Below, piece after piece: positions 13,201 through 27,511 of a stretch of 64,000 nucleotides of DNA. Each line of letters begins with the position of its first letter. The stretch's first letter is position 1. The notes under the pieces are model-generated. The model saw only the letters and a program-made list of their open reading frames with translations. It did not search any database and had not been told where the DNA came from. The DNA comes from Mytilus trossulus (lineage: Eukaryota): positions 20,460,001 to 20,524,000 of the forward strand of contig NC_086373.1 in assembly GCF_036588685.1 (NCBI RefSeq), given 5' to 3'. The translations under genes were made by a program, and so were the position numbers.

Positions 13201-15101
13201 CGGCTGTGGCTGGTTAACTATAAACGAATATTGAACAGAATCATGGAAAAAATTTGGTTGATTATATAGAGAATCACTGAAAAATGACTGGAGTCTCTCC
13301 CCCCCCCCCCCCCCCCCCCCCCCAACTCCTTTAGGTCAGTCAGCGGGCCCCCCTTATAAAAAGTTCTAGATCCGCCACTGCAGTATAAAGCAAATATTGA
13401 ATTTAGTTCCACATATATACCACTGAACGTAATAAGCATTACTACCTCGTCTAAGATATTTACGTCAGAGTTTGAACAGAATTATTATTTTTATATACAT
13501 GTACATATCACTGGGGTTATAAAAACTTAAACCGAAGAAAAAGAAATATTAACTAGATTTGCGATTGCAAGCAATAGCGGATGGCACCCTTCCCCTATTG
13601 CCAGGTGAGCGGTAGCCATGGTAACAGCGGCCATTTTGGAAATTCCAAACTCAAAAGTCAAGTCTACATTAGCTGAGCAACATTTGTTATAAGTTTCAAT
13701 AAATTTGAAGCATTTTGAAGTTTTTTGTATTTTTGCTGTTTCCATGGTAACGGCGGCCATTTTGAATATTCCAAAGTCAAACCCCCGCTGCAACTTTTTC
13801 CCTCCACAATCATATACCATTTAATGGTTCTAGAATAAATTAAACATTGATGTTCTAGAATGTTCTGTGAAAATTCAAAGTTTTGACCTTTTTGCATTGT
13901 TTCCATGGTAACAAGAGCGATTTTGGAAATTCCAACGCCAAATTCCACATCTTCCAATGTTGCTCATCGTTACTGTGAAGTTTCATTAAGTTTGGAACAT
14001 TTTGAGATTTTTGAATTTTTTGGAGTAGTTTCCATGGCAACATAGTAGTTCCAATGAGTGCCAAAATCATCCAACACCTGTATATAGTGGGCACCTACAT
14101 TGTATTAAAATATAATGATTCTGAGTTAAATAGTATCCAAATAGTTCACAAAAACAAAAAACTGGATTTTTTTCACATTTGTTTCGTTTCCATGGTTTCG
14201 GCAGCCATCTTGACGGTGCCATACCCCACTGCACTATAGAATGTTCTTGTCTACATTATGGTATAGTTCCATCAATATTGTTCAAGCCTACTCCGAGAAA
14301 TAGCATGGACAAAAAAGTGTGGAAGAATAAAAATAATAAGAAAAAAAGAAACGAACAATAACAATATGTCACCCCAACTCCGTTGAGGGTGCCATAAAAA
14401 CACACACGTTGTCTCCCTTATACCTGTTTTGATATTGACTTAACATTATAAAGAAGCCATTTGACGATTCAGTCCTTATTTCGCTGACAAGATAATGTTT
14501 TGTGACAGAGAATGTCAGTTCTTGTTTTATAGTAATATAATATTTTTATTAATTGAACATGAAAATAAAACAAGACAGACAAGACAACAAAACACTACCG
14601 ACGGCGAATTCATGTACTCCGGAAGTTTAAAGAAGTTTCTCCTCTGCTGGTTACACCCGTAATGTTAAGAATGGCAGGTAAACATGGATGATACATTGGA
14701 TTCGGTGGTGTCTCAATTAAGATAACGATGAATGGTTTGGGGTATGTTAGTTGGAACAAATCCGTGGTCTCTCTAACCCGCAATAATCTAAAGCAGTCAA
14801 CCAACCGTGTTTCCAATATGAGAACATTTTTTTTTCATAAGAATAAGTTAAGTCTAGTCTTTCAAATAAATTTCAGATAGTGTGAAAACTTAACCACTAT
14901 TTATGAAAACCTCATAGATTAATACTCGAACAGTAACATATATTGTCATAGTGGTAATGAAGGGAAAATAGCATCACTGTGGTTGTATGTGTCAAACAAA
15001 AATTAGATAAGAAAATTATTTGGAAATAAATTTGTATGAAACTATTTACCTTCATTTAGTATACAGAGTGCTAAAATATGTATCCATATAAAATCAGCCA
15101 T
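7203..15101 (-). CDS. Paralog A: CYYR1/Shisa-like single-pass membrane protein, 4 exons, ~192 aa
   Basis: Exons 15101-15050 (MADFIWIHILALCILNE), 12660-12591 (VIPVTASYCSYSYYYSYRSCGYV), 8129-7972 (PTGAIPGIVIGCIIFGIIVFVVVMVVCKQIK...) and 7501-7203 (Pro/Gln/Gly tail ending PPPYGGNGASAPPY*). All introns are GT-AG, phases 1-2-1, and the 579 nt join in frame. Confidence 0.82.
12661..13245. repeat. Degenerate ~60-70 bp tandem repeat (~10 units) whose terminal unit supplies the exon-2 splice acceptor of paralog A
   Basis: Recurring GATAAAGTAGTCGGCTGTGACTGGTATAACTATAAACGAATATAAAACATAATC-like units that match the exon-2 start at 12641-12680. Confidence 0.7.
13551..14400 (+). mobile_element. Non-autonomous element with internal core repeats, an A-rich microsatellite and a 3' hairpin (DINE-1/HINE/pearl-like)
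   Basis: Repeated (GTTT)CCATGGTAAC..GCCATTTTG cores, AAGAATAAAAATAATAAG microsatellite at ~14323-14350, and stem-loop CACCCCAACTCCGTTGAGGGTG followed by an A run at ~14371-14400. Confidence 0.6.
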
Positions 15102-16909
15102 TTTTACACGTATGGCAAATAATTCACGGAGATCAACATATATTACAATGTTTTGTTTAGTAAATATATTTATTTTTACACCGCAAGTTTATACATGATT
15201 AATTTAAAACCAAAACATCAAACTTATTGCGAGACACAATCAAATTCAAAGGATTTAATGTAATTATGATTTCATCTATTATGAAAAGGTTGTTACGCCT
15301 ATTGTTAGACTTAATTATATAATACTTTGTCATATGTTAATCAATTTAATTTGGAATGTCATAAAATCGCTTGCTTAATTCATCTTTTTATAGGAACTTA
15401 TTTGACATCGCATTGCAAATAATTTATGCATATCAATAAAAAAAATAATATAAACGTTAGTTGGGAAATCAAAATTAATTAACACGGAAAAAAGACGGAA
15501 TGTTGGACAATTAGTTATGCCAGGATTCCTTCCCGTCCTCTTTCCCTGAAAAATGGTTCTGAGTTGTATTGTTTTTGTGTCATAGATCAACTTTATTCGT
15601 TCAGTGTATGATAATACAATATTGTTTCAGATAAGGGTGAAGATTGGTACCTATTTGAACGTTAATTCTAGTGTATCTCGTTTTTCGTATAGATAAGACT
15701 GTTGGGTTTACCGTTTGAATAGTTTAACACTAGTTATTTATGTGGCCCTTTATAGCTTGCTGTTCGGTGTGAGCAATGACTCCGTATTGAAGACCGTACT
15801 AATGGTTTACTTTTATAAATTGTGACTCGGATGGAGAGTTGACTCATTGGCATTCAAACCACATCCTCTTATATCTAATTTAAACTGAAGACTGGCATAT
15901 GAATTCAAGTTTGTTTTGTCTGTTTTATCTTTAGTTTGTTTGTACTAATATCGTCCTATTATAAACCTAAATGTGTCTATGTTTCTGAGCCCATCTTAAA
16001 TCTTGAATCAGATACATGTATCAGTGTTTTATATATGCTTTGAAATTATATGTTACATATTTTCTTAAGGGCTGAATACCTCTTGTATGTGAACTAGAAC
16101 TGCATAACTTGCAAGTATTAGCCACCTTTTCAGATCCTTTTATTTTTATTTAGATATGTTACCGTACCAAGATGTTTTTTTTTATTTGTATGCTGGTGTC
16201 TTACGCCATATTGCGGACTAAGAATATGCAACAGTTTCAAAATCTAATGGTTTAGAAAACAAACCACTCATCAACGATATCAGGCTAATAATTTGTCACA
16301 CACGAAGCGGCATAAGACTCAACAGAAGATCTCCAATCTAAATAGTTGTGACGTCAAATCCATGCTGTGAACAAAAAGAGGACTACATGCAATAATAGCA
16401 TGCTATCACGAGACTAGCGAGATAGCTTGTAAAATAATTGAAATTGATGTCATAAAATGGCCATGAATGTGGCTCCTACAATCATTTGTCCTGATCCAAA
16501 ATGGATATATATATATAGAGGTCAACGAATGGTAATAATTAGTGGCCCTCTCAAGTCACTATATTAATTATATTTCATGGGAATATTTTGAGTAAGATGT
16601 TTCTACAAATCTGTTTGTTTTTTGTTGTTGCTGCTTGTTATAGTGCAAATAGTGTCGATCACATCATAATAACTGTATATTTGCAACAAAACATATTTTG
16701 GGTTTAATGTAATGTAACTCGATATAACAACAACTTACATTGTCTTTTATTTAAAGGCTGTAAAAGAATATTGCACAAGCATTGTAAAAATATAAAAAAA
16801 TTCCCTGCTCTCTCTATCTATCTCCCACTCTTTCTCTCTCTTGATTTGATATATTTGTCTTATATTTTTCCTGAAAACGTCAAATGATATCCCGTTCCAA
16901 TTGAGTTTG

Positions 16910-19900
16910 TTACACAGATGGTGGTTGTTCAGTTGTTTGTTGGGTATTCCTGTTGTCTGTACGTCTGGTATACCGCGGTGGTTGACCTGTAATAGACGAA
17001 TGCATTCTTTTATTTTTAAATCTTTAATTTGTTTTTACTCTGTGGAGAAGACTGTTGACCAAGTGTTGGCTAGCAAGAACACAGCATTAGAGAAATATAA
17101 ATAATAATATATATAATTGAAGGTCATTAGTTCAACAATGTTATTGGAAAACATTTGTTAAATGTTATTGGAAAACATTTGTTATATGTTATTGGGAAAC
17201 ATTTTTTCTATGTCATTGGGAAACATTTGTTCTATGTCATTGGGGAAACATTTGTTCTTTGTCATTGGGAAACATTTGTTCGATGTCATTGGGAAACATT
17301 TGTTCAAAGTCATTGGGAAACATTTGTTCAATGTCATTGGGAAAAGTTTAATTTCATTGGGAAACATTTTTTAAACGTCATTCATAAAGCATACACAGAT
17401 ATATTCTATTGAAAGGCATTTGTTCATTATCCTCAAATCACCGGGCTGCACAGGATTTTTATTGATCAAAGAGGAATGGTATTTAATGGACATTTATTAT
17501 AATCGAAGTGGAAATATAAAAAAAAAGGGAAATGTGGAAAATTTCCACTTTTGTGAAAATGTCTTCACAATCCCGTAATGGAAGCTACAACAAATAAATA
17601 TTTGGGTGGGAATTTCAAAAGACCTGGGTAACTTGAAAACAAAATTCGAAACCACCTTTTGGAGAAAATAGTTGGTATGTATTATATAGGTTTCAAATGA
17701 CACGAAATTAACTATGTAGGTTTGAAGAATCTCGATAATTTTTAGATCCAGATTAGTTATCTTCAAAAATTTAATTATATTTTTTTTAGATTCCTTTACC
17801 CTTTCGGCCAAAAAAATGGATGAAATTGGATATAATTTTGATTGCCCTGAATTAGATTCAAATGGTCAACCTATTTTGGAATAATATGAAATTTGTCGTC
17901 ACCTGATCGTCCTAATGGATTAGTTGATACTGCTGTATCATGAATCAAATAGTCATCATTATCCAGCATCCGTATATGTGAAACAGCAAGGAGGATAACA
18001 ATAGTGATCAAAATAATGGCCACTATTCCACCAATTACCATGCCAACAATGGTCCCGGCATCGCTAAAATGAGAAAAAAAATCAAATATAAAAATAACAG
18101 GTGATAGCTCTGTAAAAAGGTATAGAGTGCTTCGCAGTATACTAATAAATTATTTCTCCATGAAGCAAAATTATTGGTCGGGCCTTAAATACCCATACTT
18201 TGATTGTCTTCTGTATTTGATATATTTCCCTGTCTAGGACATATTCACAATTGTATATCACATTAAAGTCAATTGAGGACCTTATCCACGTCAAAAGGTG
18301 TAGCGCCATTTATTTGAACTTGTCAGAAAAAAACATACTTGTAACTACATATTTGAAATAAAATAGTTCCTATGCCTGCGTGGAACTTCAAAAACATGCA
18401 AAATATTTTCGAAATTTTGGTATCAAATGAAAATTGACTGACTGGTGATAAATAAGAACACTTTTTGACTATAATTTTTATCAATGACAAAAAAGCATGA
18501 AATTTAAATAGGAGGCTATAATTTGCCTGTTTGTTAGATCTGATGTACCTGTCTTGGTACATCAATGTACCTTGAACATGTTCCGTCTTGGCTTTGCAAT
18601 TAAAGGTTTGTTGATTTTTTTCAGTATGAGATACCATAAGTTATTGCTTTGACATGCAATGCATGATTGTCACTTAATTTGACTTCACACAAAACAGCTG
18701 AGCCTACTTGAATTAACGAATTTAACATTGAAAGCAATGACAGAATGCATCAGTGTTGTACTTCCATAACTAAGGCATCCAATAAGAACCGATTTTATTT
18801 TAATTAATATTTTCAAGATGACATGAAAACTGATTGAAACTACTTTTTTCGCATCGTAATTATGCCCAGCAAAACTGGAGTCAAGAAGAGAACTTATCCT
18901 CAAAAAACAAATAGGATCGCAATCTTTTTGTGGGTAGTTGTCTCATTGGCAATCATACCACATCTTCTTTTTTATATTACTTACATGAGTGTGTGATGAT
19001 GTGAGCGATATATTAGCTAATATGTTAAATAGATAGGATACTACAATGATTCTTAGCTCTCGCAAAACTTTCAGCGGTTAGGGAAATTCTTTAAGTTTTG
19101 TAGCAAATTCTTCCCGCGCTTCATACACAATGTGCTGTTACGTCCTCACTTAAATTGCAAATAGAAACATTGAGGTCGTTTTATTGCTCAGGTCTTGCAT
19201 CATATCAAGCTTACCGTATGTATTGTTGTATGATTGATATAATTTTATTAAAACTCGATGGTTCATTAGATAATGGTGTTATTAATGCTTGGCCATATTG
19301 TTTTCACTTACGGATTGCAAAAGTTCAATTCTTCTGTAGAATTGCTGCATAGTCCAGCTACACTTTTCACTAGAAAGATATAAAGATATATATTCATAAA
19401 TATTATCAATTATAATCATCTTATTTTGTAAATGCTTTCTTGATGGACTGCTTCAAAATCATTTGAAAATTTTGATTTCCCTTTTTCATAGCTGCATAAT
19501 TGTGCTTTGAGGCATTTCGGAGCGATTTTAGGCACTGATTATGTTAAATCGTTAAAAAAAATCCATTTATAATTGTACCATAGACCTTTCGATTTGCAAT
19601 TTCCAACAAGTTTCTTCAGTGAACGAACAGAATAGCAAAGAAAATGACGATACCTCAAATAGTAGCTTCCACTTGGAAAGGAAACAATAATCACACGTGT
19701 TTAGAATACCCTTTTGCGTGATTTTTGTAAATTGTCTTTAATATTTTATCTTTTTTTTTAATTTAATCTCGTATCTTTATTATCTTATAATAAGAGTGGA
19801 TAATTCGTAATGCTCTATATTCTTTGTGTAAATCTAACCGAGAGAATAGTGACGTTAGGAACGTTTACAATAATATTTTTTTCAAAACGTGCTTAACATG

Positions 19901-21520
19901 AACTAATGAGTGTCATTTTAAAGTGCAGCCTTGTTGTATCATAGAACCTTAGTGTTTTACACATATCAAAGTTGTAACTTTGGAACAAAGATCACTGACA
20001 ATACTAATACAACATAACTATTTTAGTTATTTTATCATTTCACGCACTAGGCTATAAGTATGTGAATTTTCACGTGTAAACTTTCATATACATCGATTAT
20101 GAGTGGTACATGAAACAAAGGTTCAAGATGGACTCGTCACTTGTATTGGGGTCTTTTTCCATTGTGAGAAGCAAAGTAACGACAGGTATACTACATGTCA
20201 GAAATATGCATATGGTTGGTCAAAACCTGTTTACAAGGTACAAGTCCAGTCACAATGACTGATAATCTGATATTGGTTCAAATTCTTGATATTTTCGATA
20301 TCCTTTCAGTGTATTGTAAACCTTGTATGTATCATAAACGGGGAAAATGATCATTATTGTCACCCTCTCCCTCTCCTACAACCACACACACTACTTGAAT
20401 ACAAATCGATTTCAATAATTTACAATTCCATTCGATGGCAGTTAAAAGTGGGAAAGATAATACATGTATTTTACACTCAACTACAAAAGAAGCAATTATC
20501 GCTATTTTACTAAGTTTAGCCGGAGGACAATAATCCGATTATTATTGCATAATATTGGACAATAAAAGATATATTTTATCAGGACCTTGTGTAACGTTTT
20601 TAGATCATTATCTTTAAATGAATGTATGAATGTATTGTAAACTATTGCTTTGGCGGTCTTCCCCTCGCTTATAACATGTACACTAGTTATATATTTGTAT
20701 AAATTTGTATACGGTGTTGCGTTTAAAGCAGCCACAGTGCCAATTACAGACCAAAATTTAATAGACCAACAAATAATAGACCAAAATACTTAAATGTAAT
20801 CCGTCGGAATTAACCTCGTTTAGCGGAACAAGTTAAATATGGGGAAATAAGTTGCTAAATTTTAGAAAATTATTGTTGTGGTTCAATTTTCAGTTTTCGA
20901 TGGCAACTATTGCACGTTTGACTTTATCAGTAAAACATATAAACGAGTCAACCGATTGTTTGACAAAATTTCGATATATTTCGATTTTAATAAGATGCAC
21001 TTTAATTCTGGATGGAATCGATATATTATTAAATTTTGTAAGACTGCCTTAGCTAGCACTTAGGATTAATTCGTATAGTTACTTACTACACAAATCATTG
21101 TAAGCACCAAGCCGCAGATATTACCATTGAAAGAACGTTGTGTTGCATATGTATGATAAATGTTAAAAAGAAAAAAAGCAATACAATGAAAATCATAATG
21201 CTTGTCGTCCCTCACCATTATTACAATATTTGATATTAGACAAACTCACCGAGTTGCTTAAAAAGACATTTGGAAATGCATTAGTATGGGTTCTATGCTG
21301 TTCTCCAAACAAAATAAATATATACCGATGTATGAACCATCGAAAGTTCTTTTTTTCACTATAGTAATTTTTCAATCAAATTCTTCTTTTGAATTATCTT
21401 GGTAAATTTGATATGTTTAATATAATTATTCTTAAATTAAGAAAACATAGACCATACAGAATAGAGTGTCTTACCGTTTGTCAGAATAACACTTGAGCAC
21501 ACATACACAATAAGTATCAT
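16910..21520 (-). CDS. Paralog B: CYYR1/Shisa-like single-pass membrane protein (exon 2 unresolved)
   Basis: Signal exon 21520-21475 (MILIVYVCSSVILTN, phase 1). TM exon 18063-17903 (DAGTIVGMVIGGIVAIILITIVILLAVSHIR..., phase 2 in, 1 out). Tail exon 16986-16910 (GQPPRYTRRTDNRNTQQTTEQPPSV*). A candidate 7-nt exon 2 lies at 21256-21250. Confidence 0.68.
17139..17425. repeat. 24-bp minisatellite (~11 copies) in the last intron of paralog B
   Basis: Unit TGTCATTGGGAAACATTTGTTCAA is repeated with substitutions; it explains the periodic ORFs at 17155, 17162 and 17182. Confidence 0.9.
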
Positions 21521-23385
21521 TTTAACATTTCATTTTAAACCTCATACATGTACATGTATAGTGTATACTAATGTTCTAGGTTTTGAGAACATGTAGGTAA
21601 ATATTGACTTATATATTTTAATGGATGAATTATTTAGAAATGACAAATAAAAAAATCTTTCTCATTGGGCGGTGTCACAGTCCACTTGATTAAGCCCTTT
21701 GTAAATAATTACCCTTTTATATTACACAACTAGGTGTAAAACATTGTTTGATAACAAAGATTATAATCTCCCGTCATTACATCCTGTAATGTTCTTTGAA
21801 TTCAAAACATTTGTGAAAATTTAACGGTTGAAAAATCAAGTATTACCCAATATTAACTAACTTCTGTTAACTAAACACTTATGTTATATATTGAATTACG
21901 TCAGTAGGCTTTCAATTGAAGGACATATAATATAAATCTTTATATAAAAAGCTTTATTTGGAATTCGTTAGGTACGTATGAACGCATATATGACTAACCA
22001 CCTTTAGCCGGGTGTTTACAATTTAACAGTCCACAAAAAGACATGTTGTACCATAGATAAAATCTATTCTTTTTCTTTTGATTGAGTTAAGCCATTTCAT
22101 TTGATATTTTATAGTGCGTCTTTTTATATTGTAATGATACGCTATTGCTTCAGATAAGGGTGAAGGTTGGTTCATATTAAAACGTTTAAACCCACTGCAT
22201 TTTTTTGCACATGTCCTAAGTCAGGAATCTGATGTGCAGTAGTTTTCGTGTGTTGATATTGTTCATAAGTGATTCTCGCCTTTCGTTTTTTTTTTATATA
22301 GATATTCTCGTTTGAATGTTTCTTGGGGCCCTTTATTCTTGCTGTTCGGTGTGAAACGAGGTTCTGTGTTGAAAGACCGTACTTTGACCCATTATGGGAA
22401 ATTTTTACAATAGTGAATCGGATGGAGATTTGTTTCATAGAATTCATATCTTCTTATATCTATTGTATGTCACCCTTACCGTTCACATTATTCTACATGC
22501 AAGAAAGTGAGCGGAAACATTGGCTTTGACACATTCATGAGACACATACATATCTCATTTCTTGCTGATCGGGTGTTATATTTCTCTCGGGAAACGCAGT
22601 GAAAACATGATATACTATTACTATCTAGAACCAGTCGTGATATAGTGCATTGACGGTGATTTGTTTGTTATAAAAAGTATCGTGATTTCGATGCCGATCT
22701 AACTACCAACCTAAAACATGTTTACCATCTGATACTTTTGACAGTGTTTATAAACTGTTCTCTGGTACCGTCAACAGATACATGTTTTACTGTGCATATT
22801 GTGGTGTGTCTGTAATTCCACATTGGCTACATGTTTATACGGGGAGGGTTAATATCTAAAAAAAAATCCTTAACCCCTCCGTATGTACCTATCCCAAGTC
22901 AGGTTCTTTCGCAAAACTTGTACACATTGTTGTTAAGGGGCCAGCTGAAGCCCATCTGTCGCTGTGGCAAAGACCATTGGTGGACTTGTGACTGTTTTTT
23001 GTTTTTGGTCGGGTTGCACAGTCTCTTTCACATATTCCAAGATTCCTCTTTCAATCTTAAATTTATATGTATGAATGATAATATAGTCTTAGCTAAATTT
23101 TATGATTTGTTTATAATTTGCAGGACATAATTCATTTATTTTAAATTTTGATTGATTTATGAAAAAACTGGTTTAAATGCTTGATCAGTTTTGCTAACAT
23201 GCCATGATATTCATTTATACTTGTGTTCTTAGTGGCGATCTTAAATCTAAGATGACAAATACCGGTCTCGAGGAACATATAGTTTTACATTGTCCATTCT
23301 CTAATAATGATTTTACATGTAAACAGTACTTTGTGTGTGTCATAAATAAAATGACACTTGTCTTTAAAGTATAAAAAAAAATCCG

Positions 23386-26300
23386 TCAATCTCTCAGTTC
23401 TGATGTAGGGATAATAGTTGGAGTATATTGTGGAGGTGATATTGCCGGTATACACGATGGTCGAATAGAATGTCCATGTACAGAACTATTAGTTGCATCT
23501 TGTTCACAAGTGTAATCATCTCTAGATCGGCTTATCGAATTCGTCAATGGTGGGAGTCTAGTATTAGGATACAGCGAACTGTATCTAGGAGGTCCTAAAG
23601 GTGGTCGATCAAGATTCACTGAAAAAGAAAGCATAAATATATAAATTGGTTCAGTGAACCTTGAGAATGTTTATCAACACCAGAACATTGGTAATAACAT
23701 GCAGGCAACCGCAACATCGATCTAGACCAAGAGGTTATAAAATCTCGGAGAAAAAGGACCAACATATATATTTCTCCATCGTTATTGATTTGGCAAGAAT
23801 GTCGTCTAGTCAACAAATGGAAGTTTTTAACGACATAGACTGGCTATACAGCCCTTGCACGGTCGGTTTAGTCAACAACAAATGGAAATTTTTAACGACC
23901 TTGACTGGCTATAAAGCCCTTGCACGGTCGGCTTGATTTAGTCAGTTAAGGCAGTTCAGTGGTATACCGCCATCTTGAATTGTAAATAATCGGTTTAGTT
24001 TTTTGCCCAAATCTTCAAATTTGGAGACAGAATTGCAATTTGTTATGATTTATTGGTTAATCATTTTATTTATTTTTATATGAAAACTTAGTTATTCATT
24101 GCATTCATGATCGAAAATGTTTGAAAAAATACCCAATATTTTGATTATAGAACTTATTTTTTAACCCAGTCATAAAGTGGAAATAACTCTTTTGGTGCAA
24201 AATTTATACTGGACATATTGTGATTTTTTTTACTTGTAGCAAGAAAAAAGTTCGGGACACCATTTATTCTTTTTTATTTCGTAAAATATATTATAAAACC
24301 TATGTTCTTAATTTTATTTCAAATTCTGTCTCAGAGTTGTTTTTTGGTGTGCACAAAAATATGTTTTTTTTATGAACAATCCAAGCAAATTTTGTCAATT
24401 TTGAACGACTCGTATCTTGAAAAATTTCGTGGTGACCCATACTTTTGATTATTTTTATAACTTTTTGGAAATAAGCATAGTAAAATTTTCATTTTGGCAG
24501 TGTATAAGAAAATTCTGCCATTTGTTTTTCTATATCCCCGAACTGCCTTAAAGCCTAATCTTTTAAATTAATCCGATTGTAAAATAGTTGTAAACGAGAG
24601 AAATCTTAGAAAACATCACTTAGTTCTTGTTTGAATAAATGTATGAATATTGTGGAAATTTGCATATACCATTTTGAAAATATATAAGGAATAAATAATG
24701 GGATAATTATTGATACGCCCATTTCTAGATTTAGAAACTAACTTCAAATACTCGTTAAGCGTTTTAGGTTCATATCGTTCGAAAAGCATTCCACCAATTT
24801 TGTACTGGTATATTTGACGTACATGCAACACAGAAGATCTTTAAAAGTAAATTATAGTATACAATGATTATAGACAAAAAAACTCCGTCGAAGATAGTTT
24901 CATTTCGACTTGAAGAAGATGTTCTGCAACATAATAGTTCGGTCCTTTTAGACTATTATTTTAGTGAAGGAGGTCGTGGGTTTAATCCCTGATCAAGTCG
25001 AATCTCTCTAGGAGACCACGTTAGGACGCACAAAGGCGACTAGAATTATAGAAGAAAATGATTCAAAATGGTAATGATGGGTCTACAATTTTCACCTAAT
25101 GGAGGTTAAATTAATCATTCAAGTCTGGCGTGTGACTAAAAAAATATTATAACATATTCATAGAAGCAGAACTGATGATATCGCGATCCACTGTTATCTA
25201 GATAAGAAATCGGTAGGTGTAATACTGACCTGTGATATTTGTTGTATTTCTTTGAGCGTCTTGAGATGGTTGTACAGAACACACCTTTGACTTACAGCAA
25301 ACTGAGACAATAAGACATGTTACAACCACTAACATTACACATATACTCCCGAGAACAGCACCTAAAATAGTTCCATCGGAACTGGAGAAAAAAATGTATA
25401 AAACGGTATTATGAAATTAGGTAGTTATAACGTTATTATTGTTGTTGGTTTTTTTTTTTAATTTTTGCTGTTTTTGCTGTTTTTGTTGTTGCTGTTGTCA
25501 TTGTTACAAATTTCAGGTTGAAAAACATGAAGCATGTGAGGAACTGTATCAATGAACTTTTTCCTGCGTAGAAATATTCCCAGAATATATTTTTTTTCTG
25601 ATAGACGAAATAGTGTACGTCCTTATATAAGTTATCCTAGTTTTATGTCTATAATCTAATTTTCGCTTTGAAGCTAACCGTGAAATAACTAAGAAAACAA
25701 TATAAAAATAAGGAGATGTGGTCAGGTTTCCATTTGGAAAACACTATCCATCACCAGAGTTCATATGACGTGAATGTAAACCCTGGCAGATACTTTAAAT
25801 AGAAACTTTGGTTCAATTTTCGCCGGCAATTGTAAATTAGATGGTCTTACAACTGGTATATACATGTTTAGATGTCGGACGCCATCTTAGCACGAACACT
25901 TTGTAAATTCTACAAAAAGAATCTACATCTGCCTTATTTGACTATGATTTCGATTGTTGCGGTCACGCTTGATGGCCCATTTGAATCGAAGATATGCGAC
26001 CTGTATTACCACTCTATCTATAGTCTCTACGGAACTTTTATCCTAACAAGGTGTCATTCATTTATTATAATGTTTTGTGAATATAATATCAAAATATTTC
26101 CGATGGACACCAAGTACAAGTGTATAAGTATATATGGTATACCTTGAAGAACTGTCATTTCCTTCGCCACTTACAAAATGACCTGAAAAAAAGTTGTATA
26201 TATATAGTTTTAATATTCTTTAAAAAAAATTGAAAATGTTGCTACTATATGAAGATTCCTTGTATTGTTTCTTGTTTACAATAGAAATTCTATAAATTTT

Positions 26301-27048
26301 CGTTTAATGTGTTGTTAAGGCTGCCTCATTGATTTATACCTCAAATGATTGTTTAATTTGTCGTTGGGTTGTTGTCTCATTGATGTATTCATCGGTTCTT
26401 TGTTTTTAAAATGTGTCGTTGGGTTGCTGTATTTTACGTATACATCAAATCTTAGTTTAAGTTGTCGTTGGATTGCTGTCTCTTTGTTACCTAAAATCAT
26501 TTTGTCACATACCCAAAATCTCTGTTTATTCATCAGAATTGCAGTAGAATATAGTAGAATAGAATATAAAAAAAGAAGATTTGGTATAATTGCCAATGAC
26601 TCGAATGAGACAATTTTCCTCAAGAGACCAAAAATGACACAGAAATTAACAACTGTATGTCGCCGTACGGTCTTCAACAATGAACAAAGCACATACCGCA
26701 TAGTCAGCTATGGAAGGCCCTGAAATTCATACGAGAAAACTAACGGCCTAATTTATGTACAAACATTTAACGAAAAACAAATATGTAGCACATAAAAAAC
26801 GACAACCACTGAATTACAGGCTCCTGACTTCGGACAGGCACATATACATACATACTATGGTGGGGTATATTTATTTCCCAAATAACAGGGCCCATAAATA
26901 AAGGGCATACAATCAAATTCAATTGATTGACATACTTATATTTAAGATCTTGGTAGAAATGGTGACATGAAGTATTTAAAAATCGCTTACCTACTAATTC
27001 ATAGCAAATTAAAACAAGCACGATTTTAGATCCCACTATTACATACAT
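23386..27048 (-). CDS. Paralog C: CYYR1/Shisa-like single-pass membrane protein, 4 exons, ~160 aa
   Basis: Exons 27048-26991 (MYVIVGSKIVLVLICYELV), 26182-26143 (GHFVSGEGNDSSS), 25381-25230 (SDGTILGAVLGSICVMLVVVTCLIVSVCCKSKVC...) and 23618-23386 (..PPRYSSLYPNTRL..PPQY..*). GT-AG introns, phases 1-2-1, 483 nt in frame. Confidence 0.8.
23950..24547. mobile_element. Non-autonomous DNA transposon with TTAA target duplication (Kolobok-like)
   Basis: TTAA|GGCAGTTC ... GAACTGCC|TTAA: terminal inverted repeats starting with purines, flanked by TTAA. Lies in the last intron of paralog C. Confidence 0.7.
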
Positions 27049-27401
27049 TGCAGATAAATGATCCAAAATATATTAATTTGAATAAATACATGATTGCATT
27101 ATAAGCTATTTACTGTGAATAGCGTGTCCATATAGACAAAAGAATCAGCCATTATACAAATGTTTACACTATTAAATTAAATTATATTGTTTAAGTACAC
27201 ATGTATAACCTTTCATTTTTATTAATAATTCTTTCAGTTTTTCAAATGAACAGTCACTGATTCGTTGTCAGTGGAAAACAATGATATTGACATGTAGTCC
27301 TCTTGTGCAGTATATACAATATATATTTGCAATGGACGTTAAGGAAACAACACTTAAGCAATGAAAATTATGTAGAATGTAATTGCTTACTTGATTAATT
27401 T

Positions 27402-27511
27402 GAGTATACGTTAACATTAATTTCAAATGCTATTTTGGAGTATACGTTAACATTCATTCCAAATTCTATTTTGGAGTATACGTTTACATTCATTCCAAAT
27501 GCTATTTTGAG
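27402..27511. repeat. 36-bp tandem repeat, 3 copies
   Basis: GAGTATACGTTAACATT(A/C)ATT(T/C)CAAAT(G/T)CTATTTTG x3. Confidence 0.8.

Noticed and set aside
26315-26723. 128-aa and 124-aa overlapping ORFs
   Set aside because: They overlap a dispersed family-1 repeat inside intron 1 of paralog C and have no protein-like features.
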